Assembly (NCBI GenBank): GCA_029856045.1
Contig: JAHQWG010000028.1
Span: 160,001 to 224,000 of the forward strand
DNA length: 64,000 nucleotides
Direction: 5' to 3'
DNA from: Promethearchaeia archaeon
GTDB lineage: Archaea; Asgardarchaeota; Lokiarchaeia; Sigyniarchaeales; SOKP01
Under the pieces are notes generated by a model that ran no database searches, was not told the origin of the DNA, and worked only from the letters and a program-made list of their open reading frames with translations. Shown here piece by piece: positions 51,876-60,256 of this stretch (positions are counted from its first letter, which is position 1; every line of letters begins with the position of its first letter). The translations under genes were made by a program, and so were the position numbers.

Positions 51876-53174
51876 TTATCCCTCTCTTATAGCATTTTCA
51901 GCTGCTTTAGCTGCAGCTCCACTTGCATCTATAACTGAATTTGGAATGTCCATAGGCGCTCTACAGCAACCACATAAATAAATTCCCTTTTTGGAGGAAT
52001 CTAATGGTAAATATGCATTTCCTTTAAAGAAATTGTTTTTATCTAGATCAATTCCCAAAATGTTAGCCAATTCAGGAGTATCTTTATTAGGAATCATGCT
52101 AGTTGCTAATATTACTAAATCAACGGGAAATTTTTTCACTTTGGAAGTGTTCATATCTTCATAAATAATAATAGGATTCTTCTCATCATCCTCAACAATT
52201 TTTGCTACTTTTCCTTTAAAGTAATTTATTCCATATTCTTTTTGCCCTCTTTCAATATATTCACGAAAACCTTTGCCCCCTGCCCTTAAATCTATATAAA
52301 AGATAAAAGATTGAATTGAATTATCATGCTCGTAAGCAATCATGGCTTCCTTTGTTGTATACATACAACAAACAGAGGAACAATAAGGATTATATTTAAT
52401 GTCTCTTGAACCTACACAATTTATAAAGGCGAGTTTCTTCGGTTCTTTTCTGTCTGAAGGCCTTATCAAATGTCCTTTTAATGGGCCTGATGCACAAATC
52501 ATTCTTTCAAATTCTAAACCAGTTACTACATTTGGTAAATGTTTATAACCTAGATTTACCAATGGAGAAGGGTCAAAAGGTTCATAACCAGTCGCAACAA
52601 TAATTGATTTTATATTAAGATTAATTTCAGAATCCTTTTGCTCAAAATCGATTGCTTCTCTCTCACATACTTTCTCACAAATTCTGCATGCATCCTTAGT
52701 TAAATATAGACAATTTTCTGGATCAATAGCCATTATTGAAGGGACACCTTGAAGAAAATAAATATAAATTGCCCTTCTTTTTCTTAAAAATACATCAAAT
52801 TCATCATCAACTCTCATTGGGCATTTTTCAATACACATTCCACAATTAATACATTCTTCCGCCTTGATATAACGTGCATGTTGAATTAATTTTGCTTTAA
52901 AATTTCCAGCCTTTCCTGTAATTTCTTTTACCTCAGCTAATGTATGTAATGTTATATTTGGGTGACGATAACATTCTGCGAGTTTTGGAGCCAAAATACA
53001 AATCGAACAGTCGTTTGTTGGGAATGTTTTATCAAGTTGAGCCATTCTGCCGCCAATACATGGTTTTTTTTCAACTAATTCAACTTTCATTCCTCTTTCA
53101 GCGAGATCAAGAGAAGCTTGAATCCCAGCTATCCCTCCACCAATCACTAAGACACTATTTGAATTTTCTCCCAC
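51876..53174 (-). CDS. hdrA: HdrA-like subunit matching the N-terminal module of the 1004-aa HdrA
   Basis: GGGIAG, MAQLDKTFPTNDC, inserted ferredoxin, YCSSVCCMY. Confidence 0.9.
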   Translation of the reverse strand: MGENSNSVLVIGGGIAGIQASLDLAERGMKVELVEKKPCIGGRMAQLDKTFPTNDCSICILAPKLAECYRHPNITLHTLAEVKEITGKAGNFKAKLIQHARYIKAEECINCGMCIEKCPMRVDDEFDVFLRKRRAIYIYFLQGVPSIMAIDPENCLYLTKDACRICEKVCEREAIDFEQKDSEINLNIKSIIVATGYEPFDPSPLVNLGYKHLPNVVTGLEFERMICASGPLKGHLIRPSDRKEPKKLAFINCVGSRDIKYNPYCSSVCCMYTTKEAMIAYEHDNSIQSFIFYIDLRAGGKGFREYIERGQKEYGINYFKGKVAKIVEDDEKNPIIIYEDMNTSKVKKFPVDLVILATSMIPNKDTPELANILGIDLDKNNFFKGNAYLPLDSSKKGIYLCGCCRAPMDIPNSVIDASGAAAKAAENAIREG

Positions 53175-53196
53175 TATAATACACCATAATAAGAAT

Positions 53197-54087
53197 TTAT
53201 TTATTTGGGGCGTCTAAAATTTTAATTTTTTGTAATAAATTATTAACCCTTACACGGTGAAATTTGAGACCGATTTCTTCACCTTTAATTCCTAAGGCAA
53301 GAGCTATTAACTCAGTTAAATAAAAAACTGGGAAATTGAAATCTGTATTAAGATTTTTGTTAAGTTCCCTTTGATTAAAATCAAATTGTTGATAACATGC
53401 AGGACAAACACAAACTATACAATCAGCACCAGCCTTTTTTATGCTCTCAAGTTTATTTAATAATAATTTTTGTGAAAGTTCTTTATTACTTTTTTCAAGC
53501 GGATTTCCACAACAATCTTTCTTCAATTCATAATCTACCGGTTCGGCTCCAAGAGCTTCAACTATTACATCCAACGTTATTGGTTCAAATGGATCATCCC
53601 ATTGTATGATTTCAGATGGGCGTAGATAATGACAACCAGGGTGACATGCAACTTTTAAATCCTTTAGTGGTTTAATTATATTCTCTTTAATTAAATCAAG
53701 ATTTTCAAATAATACTTGGGCAAAATGCTTAATATTAATATTACCTTGATATTTTTTACCAATCTTATTTAAGATTGAATTAATTTCTTTCTTTTCTTCA
53801 GGGTCATTATTTAAAATATGTTGCACAGCTTTAAGAGTTTCTGTACAACCAGAGCATAGACTTAAAACATCACTATTATCATTCTCATAAAGACTTAAAT
53901 TTCTGGCTCCTAGAGCTAACCAACTCTTATGATCTAGTGCAGCAACTCCTGTTGGATCAGGACAACAAGAATATTGAGTCTGATCAGAAACATTAATACC
54001 AAGTTTTTCAAAGATTTTTCGAGCTGAGGCTTCTAAATAAGGTAATCTTCCTGGAATAACACAACCAAAAAAATATTTATAAGTCAT
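53197..54087 (-). CDS. hdrB: Heterodisulfide reductase subunit B
   Basis: FFGCVIP, SCCPDP, CSGC, HPGCHYLRP, CCG, CPAC..QFD. Confidence 0.95.
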   Translation of the reverse strand: MTYKYFFGCVIPGRLPYLEASARKIFEKLGINVSDQTQYSCCPDPTGVAALDHKSWLALGARNLSLYENDNSDVLSLCSGCTETLKAVQHILNNDPEEKKEINSILNKIGKKYQGNINIKHFAQVLFENLDLIKENIIKPLKDLKVACHPGCHYLRPSEIIQWDDPFEPITLDVIVEALGAEPVDYELKKDCCGNPLEKSNKELSQKLLLNKLESIKKAGADCIVCVCPACYQQFDFNQRELNKNLNTDFNFPVFYLTELIALALGIKGEEIGLKFHRVRVNNLLQKIKILDAPNK

Positions 54088-54093
54088 TTTTTA

Positions 54094-54624
54094 CTACTTC
54101 TCTCCTTTTTCTGTTTTTAAATATCCATTTGTATTAATTTTTTTTTCAAAATTTGTAGCTTCTAATAATTTTCCAATTTCTTCTATGTTTGCTGATTCAA
54201 CACTTGGAAGCCCCAATTGCTGCCTTCGTCTAATTATGGGTGCGGTTAAAGGAATTGCTAACCCATATTCTAAAATAGCATTTCCTTGAACATTATAAGC
54301 TTCGGGATAATTTCCTGTTTGAACAATTTTGTTTTTTAAATTATCAAATATTTCTGTTAAAAATACGTTTTGAGGACATTCCTCTACACACATCTGGCAT
54401 GTACTGCATAACCATATATTTGGCTTTTGATCTTTTATTAATAATTCTTTCAAGCCTAATAATGATTCTTCAATAATTTTTCGAGGATTATATTCACCTT
54501 CAGTAGCTAAAGCAACAGGACACGCACTTGAGCATGCTCCACATTGATAACAATAATTTAAGGAGAAATCTTCTTTTACTATCTCTTTACGAAATTCAAA
54601 ATCTACCTTTAACATACCCATCAA
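54094..54624 (-). CDS. hdrC: Heterodisulfide reductase subunit C
   Basis: CYQCGACSSACP, IWLCSTCQMCVEECP; start approximate. Confidence 0.93.
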   Translation of the reverse strand: MMGMLKVDFEFRKEIVKEDFSLNYCYQCGACSSACPVALATEGEYNPRKIIEESLLGLKELLIKDQKPNIWLCSTCQMCVEECPQNVFLTEIFDNLKNKIVQTGNYPEAYNVQGNAILEYGLAIPLTAPIIRRRQQLGLPSVESANIEEIGKLLEATNFEKKINTNGYLKTEKGEK

Positions 54625-55284
54625 ACTTAATTCTATTAATTTTTAATTAAATAATATTGGAAATTCACAAGTACAATTATTGCATATTTTTTTAAAATCT
54701 CTTTTGGTATTAAAGAGTTTTATTATTTTTGATAAAATATCTTTTACATTTTCTTAATTTTTATATTTTCATTATTTTAGATGCTTCTATTTAATAGTCT
54801 TGTCTAATTATATATATACTTTTCTTAATTATTAAGGAACTCCTTATACAAATTTATGGAAATTACTGAAATCATACATTCTTTTTAACAAATAGTTTCT
54901 AATTTTTACTTTTTTAATTATTTTGATGGAAATTTTAAATTATTATAAAAAACAAATATATTATAAAAATTAATGATAGAAATCAAAAAATCTATTATAG
55001 AATATACTTATTTTTTAAAAAAAGAGAAATAAAATGTTCTAATTCGATAATCTAAATCTATTAATCATTATATAATATAAACATTTTAATAAACGTAATT
55101 TAAACATAAAATTCTATAAAAACATAACTTATTTGAAATTTTTAGCATTATAATTGCGTTATTATTGATAAGATAATAAAAAAAATAGAAAAAAATTATT
55201 AAAAAAAAAATACAAATAAATAAAATGGCTAAAATTATTATTTTCTTGATTTTAAAAAAAAAACTTTAAATAAAGAAATTTAGC

Positions 55285-56247
55285 ATGGATATTAATAAAT
55301 TACAGACAATACTTAAAAATTACCGAGCGGATCTTAATCTCATTGCCGTTGCAGTGGTTGACCAAAATGGGTTCATCATTGCTTCTGAGATGAAGAATAT
55401 AGAGGAAGATGATACTGTAATTGGTGCAACGACAGGTTTAATTGATTCTTATTTTGAAAGAATCAAAAAGGAGTTTGGATCTAAAGCAGGATTTTTTAAT
55501 ATTACATCAACAGAAGATAAAAAATTCGCATATTGTGGTGCTGGAACCGATGCAATCCTAACCAGTATTTCATTTAAAGATATTCCTGACATTAAATTGA
55601 AAGTATATTCGCTCCATATTGCTGAAAAAGTTAAAAGGATACTTGAGGGTGAAGAAAATATTTCACCAGAAATTCCAGAAATTGTAAAAGTAATGGGGAA
55701 CATGAAAGAAGGGACTTTACCAAAAGGAGAATTTACATCGAAACTTATTGTTACTGGTGATTTTCAAGTTGGAAAAACTAGTTTGATCAGGCGATATGTT
55801 GAAAATAAGTTTTCCGAAAGTTATATCTCTACTATTGGTGTTGATATATCGAAGAAATCAGTAAATTTAAGTGGAAATTGTACGATAAATTTTATTATTT
55901 GGGATATTGGAGGTCAAATTAGTCAGATGGCGCCCTATAGAAGTAGATTCTATCATGGGACTAACACAGTTTTTATTGTTCTTGACCGTACAAGAAGGTC
56001 AACCTTGGATGGTATAAATAAATGGTATAAAGATATGAAAAACTCATTTCCTGACATTAAAAACATTCCTATAGTTCTCCTTGGTAATAAATCAGATCTA
56101 ATCGAAAATATTGAAGTTACGAGTGAAGACATGAAAAGAAAAGCTGAAGAGTGTGGCTTTCATTTTATTGAAACAAGTGCAAGAACTGGAGAAAATGTTT
56201 CTGATGCTTTCAATTATATTGCTTATCGCATTCTGGAGCGTTTTTAA
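55285..56247 (+). CDS. Roadblock/LC7 domain fused to a Rab-like small GTPase
   Basis: AVAVVDQNGFIIAS roadblock-type N-terminus; GDFQVGKTS, YISTIGVD, IWDIGGQ, GNKSD, ETSA. Confidence 0.9.
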   Translation: MDINKLQTILKNYRADLNLIAVAVVDQNGFIIASEMKNIEEDDTVIGATTGLIDSYFERIKKEFGSKAGFFNITSTEDKKFAYCGAGTDAILTSISFKDIPDIKLKVYSLHIAEKVKRILEGEENISPEIPEIVKVMGNMKEGTLPKGEFTSKLIVTGDFQVGKTSLIRRYVENKFSESYISTIGVDISKKSVNLSGNCTINFIIWDIGGQISQMAPYRSRFYHGTNTVFIVLDRTRRSTLDGINKWYKDMKNSFPDIKNIPIVLLGNKSDLIENIEVTSEDMKRKAEECGFHFIETSARTGENVSDAFNYIAYRILERF

Positions 56248-56321
56248 TTTTTTTATAATAAATGAACATTTTTAATATTTTCAATATTAATTACTTATGT
56301 AAACATCATTTAAAAAAAAAT

Positions 56322-56328
56322 GGAGGTG
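56322..56328 (+). promoter_or_regulatory. Shine-Dalgarno sequence GGAGGTG for the GTG start at 56340
   Basis: Strong SD in an AT-rich intergenic segment, 11 nt before an in-frame GTG. Confidence 0.7.
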
Positions 56329-56339
56329 GATTAAAGAGA

Positions 56340-57257
56340 GTGCTGAAAGTTCTTTTTAATAACATTTGCATAACTTGAGATAACCGTGGATATTTATTCG
56401 GATTTTCTATTAGAGAAATTTCATATAAGGGAAGACATCTGTTTTATCTTGGGAAGGAAGAATTTTCAGGTCCTTGGTTCAGATTTAGAAGATCTGATCT
56501 TAAAGGAACTGAGGCCTCAGTACTTTTGAAAAACGTCGAACCAACTCCAATTTATAAGTTACTAAACACAAAAACAGGAGGGTCAATTGATCGAGTTACA
56601 ATAGATCTAGATCTCAATGAATACTTGAAAAAGAATATACATGATATAAATGGAGCAAAGAATAATTTAGATCTTTCTAAATCCATCTATATTAGAAAAT
56701 ATATTGATGTATTTCAATTTAAACAACCTTATAATATCGCTTTTTTCACGTTTAAAAATATTGCTCCATTCAAATTGGAAGATGTGTCTTTCTATATGTT
56801 TCTTGATTTTGATATCAATGGATTAGATGGATTTGATAATGATTTAGGCGTATTCGATGAAGAAGATGGAATCATTTACCAATATGATGATACCAATACT
56901 TATGCTGGTTTCTGTTCTGTTATACAACCTAGTAGTTTTGAAATTTCAAATTCTAATAAAATGTTATCGCGAGTAAAATCAATTCCATTAAATAATATCA
57001 TTGAAGGTAAACCCGGTGAAATAACTTCTGCACTTGCATGGAACTTTGGAACATTAAATGAGGGAGAATTGCTACAAATACCTATTATTATCTCTGGTGG
57101 ATTAAGCAAGGAAGAACTATTGTCAAATCTAAAAGAAGGCAAAGAAAGAGCTAATTCATTAATTCCGCAGGTATTAAAATCGATAAATTCGGGAGCAAGA
57201 CAAATTCAAGATGAAAAATTTTTAAAAATGAATGAGACCACTACAGAAGAGTGCTAA
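56340..57257 (+). CDS. Candidate selenoprotein of unknown family (305 aa; UGA codon 13 in a C-I-T-U motif)
   Basis: Frame reads GTG CTG AAA GTT CTT TTT AAT AAC ATT TGC ATA ACT TGA GAT AAC CGT... and joins the 56526 ORF with no other stop; TGA at 56376-56378; SECIS-like hairpin downstream. Confidence 0.8.
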
Positions 57258-57274
57258 GGTTCTCAAGTTTATAA

Positions 57275-57349
57275 AAAATCCAATTAATGATTCAATTAAC
57301 TAAAAAGTTTATAAGTAATTGATGAAAGGCTGGCCTAGCTTTGGATTTT
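57275..57349 (+). promoter_or_regulatory. Eukaryote-type SECIS-like element in the 3' UTR
   Basis: Helix I AAAATCCAA (57275-83) with TTGGATTTT (57341-49); core ATGA (57287-90) with TGAA (57323-26); helix II TCAATTA(A)CT with AGTAATTGA; apical AAAAA (57302-06). Confidence 0.78.
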
Positions 57350-57433
57350 ATTAAATAATTCTTTTTTTAAAACTTAATTAACAATCCCAACATTATCTTT
57401 AATATAGAATATAATCGATTTACGGATTTTTTT

Positions 57434-60211
57434 ATGAATGCTAATAAGATTGTAATTACACCAGAAACTCATTGGGATAGGGAATGGTACTTACCCTTTC
57501 AAGAGTATAGAGCAAGACTTGTCCAGCTTATGGATAGATTATTAGAAATTTTAAGGAAGGATAAAAATTATTCTAATTTTACATTAGATGGACAAACGAT
57601 CCCAGTATTAGATTATTTAGAAGTAAAACCCCAAAAGAGAGAAGAAATAGAAAAATATGTAAAAGAAGGTCGCCTTTCGATTGGACCTTTTTTCATTTTG
57701 CCGGATGAGTTTCTTATCAGTGGTGAATCAATGATAAGAAATTTAATGTTAGGGCATAAAATTGCCAGATCTTTCGGAAGAATAATGAAAGCAGGATATA
57801 TTCCAGACCCATTTGGACACATTGCACAGCTTCCACAAATTTTAAGCGGTTTTGAATTGCCATCCTTTTTATTTATGAGAGGATTTGGTAATGAATTTGA
57901 AGAAAACAACCTTAATATGGAATTTAATTGGCAAGCTCCGGGTAATGCAGCCTCAATTTTAGCGATACATTTAATAATGGGGTATGGTTCAATTGCAAAT
58001 ATTAATACAAATATACATAAAGGAAAGTACAAAAGCGCTTTAAGACAAATAAGAAGGCGAGTTAAGAATTTGGAAAAATATATTACATCTGACGTAGTTT
58101 TATTGAATAATGGTTCAGATCATTTGAATGCTCAACCTGAAATCTCTATAATTGTGAAACAGTGGAATGAAGAATATGGTAAAGATAAGATTTTAGTCCA
58201 GCAAGATTTTGAGTATTATATTAAAGAAGTATTAAAATCTAATCCTATATTAAAGAATTATCAAGGAGAATTAAGATGGGGTAAATATTTTCATTTATTA
58301 TCTGGTGTATTTTCAGCCAGAATGTGGATAAAGCAACAAAATACTAAAATTGAACATTTTTATGAAAAATACGCAGAACCATTCTCTACAATGGCTTGGG
58401 CGTTAGATAATATCTGTTCTTTTGAATATCCAAAGGATTATTTATGGACAGGATGGAAATGGTTGATAAAAAATCATCCACATGATAGTATTTGTGGGTG
58501 TAGTATTGATGAAGTCCATCAAGAAATGAAAACAAGATTTCAATGGGCGGATCAAATTGGAAATGAAATTTTAAAGGATTCGTTTTTAGAAATTGTTAAA
58601 CAAGTAAATTTGGACAAAACTGGGGATAAAAAAATTGCTCTATTTGTTCTTAATCCTCTCCCATGGGATCGAAAGGATATTACATTTTTTGATTTAATAA
58701 TTCCTATAAAGGAAAAGTCAGAACAATATCCAAATCCCATTAGATTGGTTGATAATAACGGAAAGGAAATTCCGACACAGAACTTTTTGATTGAAGAACA
58801 ACCAAGATACACAGAAGAACATAATAGCACTTATCGCTTCACATTTTTAGCAGATGTCCCGGCATTAGGTTATAGAGTCTATTATTTTATTATGGGAGAA
58901 AGTCAAAAAGATCTCAGCAATCAAAAAAATTTAATCTTAAAAGCAGAAAAGAACACATTAGAAAACACATATTTTAAAATCATAATTAACGAAGATGGAG
59001 CATTAAATGTATTAGATAAACAAAATGGCAAAAATTATAAAAATTTATGTGTATTCGAAGATGTTGGAGATTGGGGCGATGAGTATGATTATTCATGGCC
59101 CAAAAGTGGTACAGGAGATAGACGAATATTATCAACTAGTTTTAAAGATTGGAAATATAATCTTGTTGTGAAAGGACCTACCCAAATAACTGGTAAAATT
59201 GAATACACTTTCAATCTTCCAGTATCATTATCTAAAGATCGTTCTGAACGAGCCAAGGAATTAATTAACAATCAATTGTCTCTATATATTAGTCTATATG
59301 AAGATATAAAGAGAATTGATTTCAAGGTAGAATATAATAATGATAGCAAAGATCATCGATTACGAGTTCTCTTTCCCACAGGCATTAAGAGTAAGGTAGT
59401 TCATGCAGATGGACATTTTTATGTAGTTCCAAGAAATGTGGAGTTACCTAATGATGAAAGATGGGCCCAAAAAGCACTTGGAACCAATCATGAAAAAGAT
59501 TTTGTTGCGGTTAATGATAATAGGACATGTATAGCTGTTTTAAACAAGGGTTTACCTGAATATGAGGCAATACAGAATGAAGATGGAACAATAACTTTTG
59601 CAATAACATTACTAAGGTGTGTTGAGTGGTTATCAAGGGCAGATTTAGCTACTAGAAGATCAAATGCAGGTCCCGATTTAAAAACACCTGAAGCACAGTG
59701 TTTAGGAGACCATACTTTTGAATTTTCACTGGTAATCCAAGAAGGTTTAGGTGATTGGTTAAATTCAAGAATACACATTTATGGTAAAGAATTCAATTGT
59801 CCCTTAATTTCATTTCTTCCTTCAAGTGTAAATTCAATGTATCATGCATTAAATAAAATCCTTTTCTTAGGAATGACTTTTTTAAAATTGGAATTACAAC
59901 ATAAACCAAAAAATCTTCCATTAAGCTTTAGCTTTCTAAAAATTGACAACCCCAATGTGCAGTTATCTGCCTTAAAAAAGGCTGAAAGTGGAGATTATTT
60001 AATAATTCGACTTATAAATATATCAAACAATACTGAAAAGGCAAAACTTAGTTTTTATAATAATATTAAAAATATTGAAATTCTAAATCTTTTAGAAGAG
60101 AAACCAACTAATAGAATAAAAGCAAAACTTTTTCAAATCGACACAAATCAATTGGAAATTATATTAGAACCCCATGTATTAGCTAATATTAAGGTAATAA
60201 TTTCAAAATGA
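57434..60211 (+). CDS. Glycoside hydrolase family 38 alpha-mannosidase (MngB-like)
   Basis: THWDREWY, LDGQ, PDEFLISGES..RNL, YIPDPFGH, HPHDSICGCSID. Confidence 0.93.
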   Translation: MNANKIVITPETHWDREWYLPFQEYRARLVQLMDRLLEILRKDKNYSNFTLDGQTIPVLDYLEVKPQKREEIEKYVKEGRLSIGPFFILPDEFLISGESMIRNLMLGHKIARSFGRIMKAGYIPDPFGHIAQLPQILSGFELPSFLFMRGFGNEFEENNLNMEFNWQAPGNAASILAIHLIMGYGSIANINTNIHKGKYKSALRQIRRRVKNLEKYITSDVVLLNNGSDHLNAQPEISIIVKQWNEEYGKDKILVQQDFEYYIKEVLKSNPILKNYQGELRWGKYFHLLSGVFSARMWIKQQNTKIEHFYEKYAEPFSTMAWALDNICSFEYPKDYLWTGWKWLIKNHPHDSICGCSIDEVHQEMKTRFQWADQIGNEILKDSFLEIVKQVNLDKTGDKKIALFVLNPLPWDRKDITFFDLIIPIKEKSEQYPNPIRLVDNNGKEIPTQNFLIEEQPRYTEEHNSTYRFTFLADVPALGYRVYYFIMGESQKDLSNQKNLILKAEKNTLENTYFKIIINEDGALNVLDKQNGKNYKNLCVFEDVGDWGDEYDYSWPKSGTGDRRILSTSFKDWKYNLVVKGPTQITGKIEYTFNLPVSLSKDRSERAKELINNQLSLYISLYEDIKRIDFKVEYNNDSKDHRLRVLFPTGIKSKVVHADGHFYVVPRNVELPNDERWAQKALGTNHEKDFVAVNDNRTCIAVLNKGLPEYEAIQNEDGTITFAITLLRCVEWLSRADLATRRSNAGPDLKTPEAQCLGDHTFEFSLVIQEGLGDWLNSRIHIYGKEFNCPLISFLPSSVNSMYHALNKILFLGMTFLKLELQHKPKNLPLSFSFLKIDNPNVQLSALKKAESGDYLIIRLINISNNTEKAKLSFYNNIKNIEILNLLEEKPTNRIKAKLFQIDTNQLEIILEPHVLANIKVIISK

Positions 60212-60256
60212 ATTTCTTATAATTCTCTTTTTATAATATACAACTAGGGGAGGAAT

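Noticed and set aside
45977-53174. Selenocysteine in HdrA or MvhD, families that are selenoproteins in some archaea
   Set aside because: All these ORFs are uninterrupted and their motifs are Cys-encoded. The TGA ending mvhD at 45977 is a normal stop overlapping the next start.
54625-55284. 660-bp extremely AT-rich intergenic region as a replication origin or ncRNA
   Set aside because: No ORB-like repeats, adjacent cdc6 or GC-rich stem seen; most simply a divergent promoter region.
56526-56528. TTG start given by the ORF track
   Set aside because: The frame stays open and protein-like for 49 more codons upstream to the TGA, and a much stronger SD precedes GTG 56340.
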